A DNA stretch of 32,000 nt from Candidatus Poribacteria bacterium. Lineage in GTDB: Bacteria; Poribacteria; WGA-4E; UBA9662. Below, in pieces: positions 9,846 to 18,416 of the stretch. Below the pieces are notes generated by a model, which saw nothing but the letters and a program-made list of their open reading frames with translations, was not told the DNA's origin and did not search any database. Both the position numbers and the translations under genes were made by a program. The stretch spans positions 38,516 through 70,515 of the forward strand of contig PAQF01000086.1 in the NCBI GenBank assembly GCA_002709695.1, written 5' to 3'. How positions within the stretch are numbered: position 1 is the first letter of the stretch; each line of letters opens with the position of its first letter.

Positions 9846-11069
9846 TTAGTTCCATGCCTTTTGGATTTTGGCGATCGATTCCACTATATCATCCATGTCT
9901 GCTCTAGTTCCAAGCAAGATATTCTGAAAAAGCCAGGCACTCTCGGTGCAAACCTGTTCTGTGTTTGGGCATGGGAACTCTCTTATTTTTTCGGGATATA
10001 GTTCCGCAACATGCTTTATGCCTCCCTCTTTTGAAAGTGGGGAGCCATACCCACTGGAACACGGTATACCTTCTGCGCTCAGGGCCGCTAAAAATTCGTT
10101 GCGTGGTTTCCCTCCAAATCCTTCCGGATTATACTTCATCATATACAAATGATACCCATGTTTGGTTACCCATGATTCAAGTTTGGGTGGTGTGATACCT
10201 TCAATTTGCTTTAATTCGTTAAAGAGGTAAGTCGCATTCTGGTTCCGAATATCTGTTTGCTCTTCCAGTTTTTCTAAACGAACCAATAGTAAGGCAGCCA
10301 AGTACTCCGAGGGCCGGTAGTTCCAACCAAGTCTTGGATATTCCCAACGTGCACCATCAGGTGCACGGCCGACATTCATGAATGCATGAACAAGATTGTG
10401 AAATTCCACGTTATCAGTAGTTACCATCCCACCTTCTCCTGAGGTGAGGTTCTTCGAAGATTGGAAACTGAAAGCGCCGATGTCACCTAGAGATCCTACT
10501 TTTTGACCGTGAGATTCAGCGCCATGAGCTTGAGCACAATCTTCGATGACTTTTAGATTATGTTGTTGTGCAATCTTATTTATTGCTTCCATATTTGCAG
10601 GGTGACCACCTAGGTGGACCACAATTATGGCACGCGTGCGGTCAGTAATTGCTTCTTCAAGATCTGGAGGATTAATTGTGAAATTATCGGGGTCAATATC
10701 AACAAAAGTAACAGTACATCGCCGGTCGAGTGCCGCACTTGCTGTAGCTACGAAAGTGTAGTTTGGAACGATAACCTCACCACCTTCTTCCAGCCCGTCC
10801 AAATCTAAGGCTCCAGCGAGTGCCGCGCTAATCGAATCTGTTCCATGTGGCATGAATGTGGCATAAGCTGTACCTGTGTATTTAGCATAGCGTTGACTGA
10901 ATTCTGTTGCTTTTAAGCCGGAAAGACCTTCATTTTGGCTCAAGTACACTTCGCGCATCTTTGGTTCGATGTCTGATTCCCATTCCTTTTCGGTTACTAT
11001 CGGCCAGCTAGGCCAAGCTTTGTTGTGTCTGACAGGAATTCCGCCGCTTACTGCGGGTTGATCTTTCAT
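9846..11069 (-). CDS. DegT/DnrJ/EryC1/StrS-family PLP-dependent sugar aminotransferase
   Basis: 'MPHGTDSISAALAG', 'IVVHLGGHPANM', 'VIEDCAQAHGA' and the PLP-lysine block 'FSFQSSKNLTSGEGG'. I use ATG 11069 (MKDQPAV...), preceded by GAGGGAGGG, rather than the track's GTG at 11090. Confidence 0.9.
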   Translation of the reverse strand: MKDQPAVSGGIPVRHNKAWPSWPIVTEKEWESDIEPKMREVYLSQNEGLSGLKATEFSQRYAKYTGTAYATFMPHGTDSISAALAGALDLDGLEEGGEVIVPNYTFVATASAALDRRCTVTFVDIDPDNFTINPPDLEEAITDRTRAIIVVHLGGHPANMEAINKIAQQHNLKVIEDCAQAHGAESHGQKVGSLGDIGAFSFQSSKNLTSGEGGMVTTDNVEFHNLVHAFMNVGRAPDGARWEYPRLGWNYRPSEYLAALLLVRLEKLEEQTDIRNQNATYLFNELKQIEGITPPKLESWVTKHGYHLYMMKYNPEGFGGKPRNEFLAALSAEGIPCSSGYGSPLSKEGGIKHVAELYPEKIREFPCPNTEQVCTESAWLFQNILLGTRADMDDIVESIAKIQKAWN

Positions 11070-11515
11070 TACCCTTTCACCCTCCCTCACTTTTCAGCAG
11101 TTATGCCGGATTATAACATAGTCGTAAAAAAATTAGACACCAAAATTTCGGATTTTCTGGCGTCAATTGTAAAATGAATTACAAATTAAACTTAGCCTTT
11201 ACTGGTTCTTAATCCATACTATATTGTAATAATTTACCTCTAATGTTTACTAGTGTTTCCTCTCTATTTCTACGTAGGATTTTTATAGTATGTCCGGATA
11301 AAATCGCTTATGTCACTTGTTTACAAAAGTATAGTGGTATGTTAAAATAAGCATATACTTGGTTAGGAAATAAGTTATCCAAATTAAGGGGATAATTGTG
11401 AAAGTATTGATCAGGTGATTTCCGTTTCTCAATTTGTTTCTGACAATCGATGACCTTTTGAAAACAATTGTAGCAGCTAAGCCACTAATGCAACAATATG
11501 CAAGGAGATGTAATA

Positions 11516-12082
11516 ATGAGTCAAGAACTTGAACTTCACGGCACACTACAGTTGCGCTCTGCGACATTAGAGGATACAGAAGGATTACAGTCTTACTGTT
11601 TCCCCGATCAGTCCGTTCAAGAAGTAACTGATCACTTAACACAGGATCTGGAGAAGAGTAGCGAGAATGGCATCTATCGCATTGTTGCTGAAGCAGGAGG
11701 CCATCCAATCGGACAAATACGTATCGAACGGAGTGTTTTGGAAAACACCACTGCCACCATTGGTGATTTGAAAGTGTTAGCACCATTTCGAGCTTTTGGA
11801 GTATCGACTATGCTGGTAGAGTATGCAGAAAAACTAGCAAAAGACAACGGTGTTCAGTCTTTGGAGATCGAACTGTCAGTTTCTGACCGATCGGTTATCG
11901 AAGCCTACAGGAAATGGGGATATAAAGAACGTCAGACAATTGTCCTCGAAAAGTTCTTTAATGGAACTCAAATGGAAGAAGACACTGATCCTATTGTGGA
12001 CCCGAACCCAGATGAGGACGCAGATCAGATTGAGTTTGGAGTCAATGAATTCAATGCTGATGAAGACACAACAGATTTATAG
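11516..12082 (+). CDS. GNAT-family N-acetyltransferase with an acidic C-terminal tail
   Basis: GNAT motif A region 'LKVLAPFRAFGVSTMLVEYAEKLAKDNG' and 'EAYRKWGYKE'. ATG 11516 is preceded by AAGGAG at 11501-11506. The last ~45 residues are rich in D/E (DPIVDPNPDEDADQIEFGVNEFNADEDTTDL). Confidence 0.8.
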   Translation: MSQELELHGTLQLRSATLEDTEGLQSYCFPDQSVQEVTDHLTQDLEKSSENGIYRIVAEAGGHPIGQIRIERSVLENTTATIGDLKVLAPFRAFGVSTMLVEYAEKLAKDNGVQSLEIELSVSDRSVIEAYRKWGYKERQTIVLEKFFNGTQMEEDTDPIVDPNPDEDADQIEFGVNEFNADEDTTDL

Positions 12083-12109
12083 ATTTTTACGTTGCTGACA
12101 GTTGTTTTT

Positions 12110-13387
12110 CTACCAACACGTCAATGAATCGAGAAACAACTCCTTCAAATCAGCCGCATTTGCAGGCTTTGGTGAAAGCTTGGTTACTCGATGTTGCGGT
12201 AGTGTGCCAGCTACGAGTTCGTCAATGTCTGCTTTAACATAACCAACCGCAGATAAGCCATTAGGAATACCCGTTTCTTGCATCAGTTTAATAATTGTGT
12301 TAGCTAATATTTCACCGGCATCATTGGGATCTGCTCCAGAAATATTGGTTCCCATCAATTCAGCCGCATAAAGGTGTAGCTGGAGGTTGGTGGTTGCAGT
12401 GAAACGAAAGACTGCAGGTGCATTAAGGATAACTGACATTCCATGAGGTACGATCGGATGTGAGCTGGGGAATCCATCAGGAACGTAGTCTCGAACCATT
12501 CCTGCCACAGGGTAGGACATACCATGTGGTAAATGAACACCAGCATTACCGAATCCAATGCCAGCATAGGTGGAGGCTAATAGCATTTGCGCTCTGGCTT
12601 CATTATCAGATGGGTCCTCGACTGCACGAATGAGATTTTTAGAAACCATTTCAATTGCGCGTGAAGCCCACAGGTTACTGATTGGATTTGAGCCTTGGTA
12701 GGCAGGTCGATACTCCGGACTCTGAGGCGCAGGGCGTTTATCAAAGGGTAAAGCTGTCAAAGATTCTAACGCATGGCTCAACACATCTAGTCCGCAGCAA
12801 GCAGCTACGATTTTGGGAAGTGTCCGAGTGTTATCTGGATCGACGATTCCCATAGATGGTCGTAGTGCTCGGTGGGCTATACCTGTTTTGGCGTGCATTT
12901 CCAATAAGTCAAAAATAGCGACTCCCGTCGTTTCACTGCCAGTGCCAGCAGTTGTGGGAATAGCAATTGATGGTCTGAGCTGTCCCGGTACCGGTTGTCC
13001 CTGTCCAATGGGTTGGTTCACGTAAGTTAGAAGATCTGCTGGATAAGTGGCGTAAAGGTTAGCAACTTTTGCTGTGTCCATACAGGATCCACCACCAACT
13101 GCCACGTAGCCATCAAAGTTTCCATCAACGGCGAAGTCAATCGCCTGCTTGAAAGAAATATCTGTCGGTTCAACACGAACTTGATCGAATAGTATAGCAT
13201 CAATCCCAACGTCGTTCAGTGTCCTCAAAGTTATTGAAACAGGCTCGCTATTGGACAAATTGGGATCGGTCAGTACCATAACCCTTTTGCTGCCGAGTGC
13301 ATGCATGTCTTGACCAACTTCATGTGTTGCTCCAAAACCGAATTTTATTCGGGAGGTATCCATGATAAATGCAGTTTCAGTTGCCAT
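12110..13387 (-). CDS. Iron-containing alcohol dehydrogenase, hydroxyacid-oxoacid transhydrogenase (ADHFE1)-like
   Basis: 'VRVEPTD', 'YVAVGGGSCMDTAK', 'AIPTTAGTGSETTGVAIFD', 'RPAYQGSNPIS', 'GIGFGNAGVHLPHGMSYP' and 'VTKLSPKP' follow the ADHFE1/HOT-type Fe-ADH pattern from memory. I start at ATG 13387 (MATETAF...). Confidence 0.85.
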   Translation of the reverse strand: MATETAFIMDTSRIKFGFGATHEVGQDMHALGSKRVMVLTDPNLSNSEPVSITLRTLNDVGIDAILFDQVRVEPTDISFKQAIDFAVDGNFDGYVAVGGGSCMDTAKVANLYATYPADLLTYVNQPIGQGQPVPGQLRPSIAIPTTAGTGSETTGVAIFDLLEMHAKTGIAHRALRPSMGIVDPDNTRTLPKIVAACCGLDVLSHALESLTALPFDKRPAPQSPEYRPAYQGSNPISNLWASRAIEMVSKNLIRAVEDPSDNEARAQMLLASTYAGIGFGNAGVHLPHGMSYPVAGMVRDYVPDGFPSSHPIVPHGMSVILNAPAVFRFTATTNLQLHLYAAELMGTNISGADPNDAGEILANTIIKLMQETGIPNGLSAVGYVKADIDELVAGTLPQHRVTKLSPKPANAADLKELFLDSLTCW

Positions 13388-13536
13388 TTGTTTTCCAACT
13401 AATATATAAGAATTATTGCAATACTGACACAAACGCTACAATTCGCTTAGTAAATCATTGATTCTAATGTTCGGTTTCCTGCGAGTCTAATCTAACTCGG
13501 CCGAAAAATTACTCTCACATATTCGGCTGCGATTTC

Positions 13537-14853
13537 CTATGGATTTGTATGAGAATTGCCTTCTGTAGTAGTGCTGGAGATTTCAGAAGGGTTGAGTGTT
13601 TCTTCAATTCTGTTCTTTGTTTCTTCATCGTCCACACGATCTTGGATGTCCACTAATACGTCTTTAATCCTTTGTTGCAGATGGTCTTCTTTTGCCAATA
13701 GCATAGTAATCAGTGGTTCGACAGCTTGGTAGTTTCTTAATTTTGCCATTGCTTTGAAAACGTATTGGCGTATCCACCAGTCTTCTTCATTTGCCAATTG
13801 ACCTAAGGGAGGTAAAGATTCTTTCTCCCCTAAATACAGTATTGATTTACAAGCACTTCGTCGGACCGAGATGTCTTCGTCTTGTAACAAAGCCGAAATC
13901 GAATTGGTAGCTTGATTATACTGTAATTCTAGCAATGACTGACAAGCTGAAGCACGAACCCCAGCCATTTCGTCATTTAGTTTGTCTTCTAGAACTTCAG
14001 CTGTGTGCCCATTTCCAGATGTTGCTAACGCTTGGCATGCATATTGACGTGTAAGGTGATTGTCATCGTTCAGGCAACTTAGAAGCGGGTCACAAGCACG
14101 TGTGTCACTGAAGACAGTCATTGCTCTACATGCAGCTAAACGTACGGATGGATTTTCATCATTAAGTTTTTCAATTATTGCTTCGACTGCTGAAGTGTCA
14201 CCAATTTTTGTTAACGCTTCAATGGCACTGGTACACACAGTTACATCTTCATCATTTAAAAGCGTGATCAGTGGCAAGATTGCTTGTGTGCTTGAGGTGG
14301 ATGCCAATGCTTGACAGGCGGCAGAACGAACATAAACACTGTCATCACTGAGCATTTGTATCAATTGGTCGCTCGCCACTTCAGATTTCCAATGACCGAG
14401 CGTACTACAAGCATGTCGTCGTACCCACTGATTTTCATCTTGTAATAAATTAATTACTGGATCGATATCGTCCTGAGCTTCAAACTTTGCCAATCCTCGG
14501 CATGCTGTTAAACGTACATGGTAATCTTGGTCCGTTAATCGAGCCATTAAGGGTTGGATTGATTTTGGGTCTGCTGATTGAGCAAGTGATTCACTCGCGT
14601 AGCAACGAACCCAAGAATCATTATCATCTGACAAATGAATCAGTTGATCAATTATATCTTCGGTTGAAGTTAGGGTTAATAAGGCTTCAGTTGCATAGCG
14701 ACGAACCCATTTGTTTTCATCCTCTAACATTGATTTTAAAGGCTCAATTGCTTCCGAATATCCGCTGTCTTTTAGTGACTGGCAGGCGTGAATTCTAACC
14801 TCACTGTCTTCATCGTTTAACTCTTCAACCAGACGACCAAGATCCCTTTCCAT
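13537..14853 (-). CDS. HEAT-repeat (PBS-lyase HEAT-like) solenoid protein, 12-13 tandem ~31-aa repeats
   Basis: The unit 'L..LL.DED..VR..AC.AL......A..P' repeats with 93-nt periodicity (e.g. LNDEDSEVRIHACQSL, LQDENQWVRRHACSTL, LSDDSVYVRSAACQAL, LNDENPSVRLAACRAM). SD AAGGAGAAGG lies upstream of the ATG, 48 nt downstream of the thyA stop. Confidence 0.85.
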   Translation of the reverse strand: MERDLGRLVEELNDEDSEVRIHACQSLKDSGYSEAIEPLKSMLEDENKWVRRYATEALLTLTSTEDIIDQLIHLSDDNDSWVRCYASESLAQSADPKSIQPLMARLTDQDYHVRLTACRGLAKFEAQDDIDPVINLLQDENQWVRRHACSTLGHWKSEVASDQLIQMLSDDSVYVRSAACQALASTSSTQAILPLITLLNDEDVTVCTSAIEALTKIGDTSAVEAIIEKLNDENPSVRLAACRAMTVFSDTRACDPLLSCLNDDNHLTRQYACQALATSGNGHTAEVLEDKLNDEMAGVRASACQSLLELQYNQATNSISALLQDEDISVRRSACKSILYLGEKESLPPLGQLANEEDWWIRQYVFKAMAKLRNYQAVEPLITMLLAKEDHLQQRIKDVLVDIQDRVDDEETKNRIEETLNPSEISSTTTEGNSHTNP

Positions 14854-14901
14854 GTATTGCCTTCTCCTTTTCAGGATTTTTAAATTGATTGTCTTTCAAG
14901 A

Positions 14902-15747
14902 TCATACTGACATTTTCCCTTTTATGGCTTTATGAGATTCATAATTGATAAGCCTAAAATCTTTCATTGTGAATGCATCTATGTCTTTTACCTTAGGATT
15001 AATCCATAATTTAGGTAATGAGTATGGATTCCTTGATAGCTGTATTTTAACTTGTTCAAAATGATTGTGGTAGATATGGGCGTCACCAAGGGTATGAATA
15101 AAATCACCTGGTTCATGTTCGGTAACCTGAGCAACCATATGTAACAGTAAAGCGTAACTTGAAATATTGAACGGAACACCTAAAAACATGTCGCATGACC
15201 TCTGGTACATTTGCATTGACAGCTTTCCGTTATCGACATAGAATTGAAAGAATATATGGCAAGGAGGCAGTGCCATTTGGTCGAGTTCTCCCGGATTCCA
15301 AGCGGTAACTACATGCCTTCGGCTATACGGTTTTGTCTTGATGCCTTCAATGACAGCTTTCAGTTGATCAATGCTAATATATTGTTGGTCGGACTCAGAC
15401 CAGTGTTGCCAACTTCTCCATTGAACACCATAAATTCGTCCAACATCGCCCGAAAATTGAGCATGAGGTTTCCAAGATTCTGCCCCTGCATTTGCTTCCC
15501 AGATAGTTTTCTGACTGTTTAGAATCTCTTTGAGTCTATTATTATCGCGACTTCCTTCTATAAACCACAGTAATTCGCTCAGACAAGCTTTCCAAGCAAA
15601 TTTTTTCGTCGTTACAACTGGGAAACCATCGCTCAGTTTATATCGATGTTGCATTCCGAACAAGCTGCGAGTACCTGTTTGGGTTCGGTCAGGCCGATCG
15701 ATCCCTTCGTCAAGAATTTGTTGTAATGCGGACAGATACTGTTTCAT
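14902..15747 (-). CDS. thyA: Thymidylate synthase (ThyA type)
   Basis: 'MKQYLSALQQILDEGIDRPDRTQTGTRSLFG', catalytic-Cys motif 'MALPPCHIFFQFYV' and 'LGDAHIYHNH'. The start overlaps the folA stop (ATGA). Confidence 0.95.
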   Translation of the reverse strand: MKQYLSALQQILDEGIDRPDRTQTGTRSLFGMQHRYKLSDGFPVVTTKKFAWKACLSELLWFIEGSRDNNRLKEILNSQKTIWEANAGAESWKPHAQFSGDVGRIYGVQWRSWQHWSESDQQYISIDQLKAVIEGIKTKPYSRRHVVTAWNPGELDQMALPPCHIFFQFYVDNGKLSMQMYQRSCDMFLGVPFNISSYALLLHMVAQVTEHEPGDFIHTLGDAHIYHNHFEQVKIQLSRNPYSLPKLWINPKVKDIDAFTMKDFRLINYESHKAIKGKMSV

Positions 15748-16247
15748 ATTACCTTCTGAAAGATCTGGAATGCATGTTCGGGATGTTTTTCTGAAGCCTC
15801 AATGGCTTTTTGTTGCAACATCTTTGTGCCTTCCAGCAGAACTTCAATATCTAGATACGTGTCGCCAGGATAATCGCTGTAGATCCGTGTGATATAAAAA
15901 TTCTTAATAATTGATTTAGTAGAACGGTAAAGTTGTGCTCCTCCAATAATGAAAATGTCTCTACTGGGATACTCCTGTTGCAAATTAAGAATGTTTTGAT
16001 TCACGTTATCCGTAATGACAGCGTTTGCACCTGTTATCTGAGTTTGACGAGACACCACGACATTTATCCGGTTTGGTAGTGGTTTCACCGAACCCAGTGA
16101 ATGCCAGGTTTTCCTGCCCATTACAACGACGTTCCCTTTAGTCTGTTTTGAAAACCACTTCATGTCCGAAGGTAAATGTGGCCAAGGCAATTGATTTTTA
16201 TTGCCGATAACACCGTCGTTGGCGACAGCACAAATCATTGAAATCAT
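15744..16247 (-). CDS. folA: Dihydrofolate reductase
   Basis: 'MISMICAVANDGVIGNKNQLPWPHLPSDMKWFSKQTKGNVVVMGRKTWHSLG' and 'IFIIGGAQLY' match the FolA pattern (compare E. coli MISLIAALAVDRVIG...). Confidence 0.93.
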   Translation of the reverse strand: MISMICAVANDGVIGNKNQLPWPHLPSDMKWFSKQTKGNVVVMGRKTWHSLGSVKPLPNRINVVVSRQTQITGANAVITDNVNQNILNLQQEYPSRDIFIIGGAQLYRSTKSIIKNFYITRIYSDYPGDTYLDIEVLLEGTKMLQQKAIEASEKHPEHAFQIFQKVI

Positions 16248-16308
16248 TTGCCCATTATTACCTTCGAAATTAAGGTGATTTAAGCATTCATTCTTTAGGA
16301 TGGGTTCT

Positions 16309-16337
16309 ATTATAGTTTAATTGCGTAATTTAGACAA
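16309..16337 (-). promoter_or_regulatory. Candidate sigma70-type promoter for folA-thyA(-HEAT)
   Basis: On the minus strand: -35 TTGTCT (16337-16332), 17-nt spacer, -10 TATAAT (16314-16309). This lies about 60 nt upstream of the folA ATG. It is a sequence match only. Confidence 0.4.
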
Positions 16338-16541
16338 AAATTTCTTTTAATACTTGAATTGGAGGAAACAGAGAACAGAATAATTTTCAGTTTTAGTGTT
16401 GGTTTTGGAAGAATAAATGAGAGGAGAATTCTAGACAGCGACTAACATAAGGATTGTATATATAGCAATACAAATTTCAATTGTAAGTTTCTTTGCTTTA
16501 GAAATTGGTGTGGGGAATAATGGAACCGTGAAGTTTCGATT

Positions 16542-18347
16542 TTAGTTCAGCCAATCTATATTATTTTCTGGTTTGGTTTTAAATTGTTTTTGGTACATAC
16601 TTGCGTATAATCCATCCAGTTCCAATAGTTCCTCATGGGTACCTTTCTCCAAAATTCCACCATCCTTCATTACTAAGATTATATCAGCTTTCAGGATTGT
16701 TGATAGACGATGGGCAATGACAAAAGTGGTTCTTCCTGTCATTAATCTATCTAATGCTTCTTGAATTAGGGATTCGGATTCGGAATCCAAATCCGATGTT
16801 GCTTCATCAAGGATCAGAATTCTTGGATTTCTCAAGATAGTTCGAGCTATCGAGATTCGTTGCTTTTGTCCTCCTGATAATCGCATGCCGCGCTCCCCTA
16901 CTTCTGCTTCATATCCGCCTTGCAGTTCCTCGACCACAAATTGGTGGGCATTAGCTGCTAAGGAGGCCTCTACTATCTCAGTTTCTGTGGCATCTAATCG
17001 GCCAAACTGGATATTTTCTGCCACCGAACCTTGAAACAGAAAATTGTCTTGAAGAACAATGCCAATCTGGTTGCGAAGTGATTTCAATGTTATTTGACGT
17101 AAATCGTGGTCGTCAATATAAATAGCACCTTTTGTGGGATCATAAAATCTAGCGATCAGATTAGCAATGGTACTTTTGCCGCAACCTGATGGACCAACTA
17201 GTGCAACCATCATATCTGGTTTGACATCAAAGGAGATGTTGTGAAGCACGGGATTTTCCGGTTCGTAATGAAAGGCAACATTTTCAAATCTCACATATCC
17301 ATGAACCTTTGGTAACTCAATAGCATCAGTAACTTCGTCGACCGTTGGTTGTGAGTCGAGAAGTCCAAAGACTCGCTCAGCTGATACCATTGCTTCTTGA
17401 ATGGTGGTGTTAATGTTGATCAATTTCATCATAGGACCATATAAACGGCCTAAATATTGATAATAAGCGACCAAGGTACCTACGGTGAATTCACCTTGGA
17501 TTACCAAGTATCCACCGTAGCAAAGCACGATCGTTGTACCAAACGACTGAAAAAAGCCCGAGATACGTCCCATGGCAGTTCGGTGCTTGGCTATCTCGAT
17601 TTGCCATGCTAAGGTTTGGCGCATTCCATGGAACACACGACGTTTTTGATAATTCTCTCGGTGAAAGGCTTTGACAACTTTTGCTCCTGCAACGGACTCA
17701 TACAATTCGGTTGATATATCGGCCCATCGGTGCCTCAGATGACGCCAAAGTATACGCAATCTGCCAATAAAGAAAAGATAGTTGCCTGCTACCAAAGGCA
17801 GTATTAACAAAGAAATAAGAGTTAGTTTCCAACTCCACCAGAACATGATAGACACCACTGTTACAAACATCATTACATCAGTCAAAATGTCAATCGATGT
17901 GTCGGTTACCAGTGAACGTAGGGAGCTCACATCCTCTTTCACTCGCGAGAGAATTTGTCCTGTTCCCTGTACATCGTAGAAGCGCATAGAGAGGTTTTGC
18001 AAATGGGAGAATACCTGATTTCGCATGTCAAATAGGATACGTTGGCTAACCCACTCCATAATGATAGTACGTACATAGGAGATGAGACCAACTAAGCCAT
18101 TGAAAATAACAATTGTGGATAAAATTACAACCAGCCAATGTGTTGGTGAGTAGGTTAGCTCGTAACCAAACACAGAATGGGTGAGTTCTGTTGCTCTTAC
18201 GTCAGATAAAATGTCATCAATAACAAATCGCTGTACTAGTGGCATGACTAGCTGAGATTGAGCAATGATGAGGATTAAAAAGAATCCAAAAAGTAATCTA
18301 GGCAGGTAGGGGCGTGCGTATTTCAGAATTCTTAGAAATTCTTTCAT
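16542..18347 (-). CDS. ABC exporter, fused permease/ATPase (MsbA-like type I exporter half-transporter)
   Basis: 601 aa. The N-terminal six-helix TMD is followed by an NBD with Walker A 'GPSGCGKST', signature 'LSGGQKQRISIAR', Walker B 'ILILDEATSDLD' and H-loop 'FVIAHRLST'. Confidence 0.92.
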   Translation of the reverse strand: MKEFLRILKYARPYLPRLLFGFFLILIIAQSQLVMPLVQRFVIDDILSDVRATELTHSVFGYELTYSPTHWLVVILSTIVIFNGLVGLISYVRTIIMEWVSQRILFDMRNQVFSHLQNLSMRFYDVQGTGQILSRVKEDVSSLRSLVTDTSIDILTDVMMFVTVVSIMFWWSWKLTLISLLILPLVAGNYLFFIGRLRILWRHLRHRWADISTELYESVAGAKVVKAFHRENYQKRRVFHGMRQTLAWQIEIAKHRTAMGRISGFFQSFGTTIVLCYGGYLVIQGEFTVGTLVAYYQYLGRLYGPMMKLININTTIQEAMVSAERVFGLLDSQPTVDEVTDAIELPKVHGYVRFENVAFHYEPENPVLHNISFDVKPDMMVALVGPSGCGKSTIANLIARFYDPTKGAIYIDDHDLRQITLKSLRNQIGIVLQDNFLFQGSVAENIQFGRLDATETEIVEASLAANAHQFVVEELQGGYEAEVGERGMRLSGGQKQRISIARTILRNPRILILDEATSDLDSESESLIQEALDRLMTGRTTFVIAHRLSTILKADIILVMKDGGILEKGTHEELLELDGLYASMYQKQFKTKPENNIDWLN

Positions 18348-18416
18348 CAGATGGACCGTCCAACTTTTCTATCGAAATCTAAATAAATTTTGGATTAGAT
18401 ACACGAAAAACCTAAA

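Noticed and set aside
11313-11786. A 157-aa minus-strand ORF spanning the DegT/GNAT intergenic region and the 5' end of the GNAT gene.
   Set aside because: It is antisense to a GNAT CDS with clear motifs. It has no SD, a low-complexity and odd composition (W/Q/C/L-rich), and no recognisable motif. It is probably a chance ORF.
13493-13503. An 8-bp palindrome, TCGGCCGA, between the HEAT-repeat and Fe-ADH genes.
   Set aside because: It is a perfect palindrome with no loop, so it cannot form a terminator hairpin. It is too short to assign as an operator.
14060-14798. Two plus-strand ORFs (84 and 103 aa) inside the HEAT-repeat gene.
   Set aside because: They are antisense to a strongly periodic repeat CDS. 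Repeat-driven codon bias commonly keeps the opposite strand open, and they contain no motifs.
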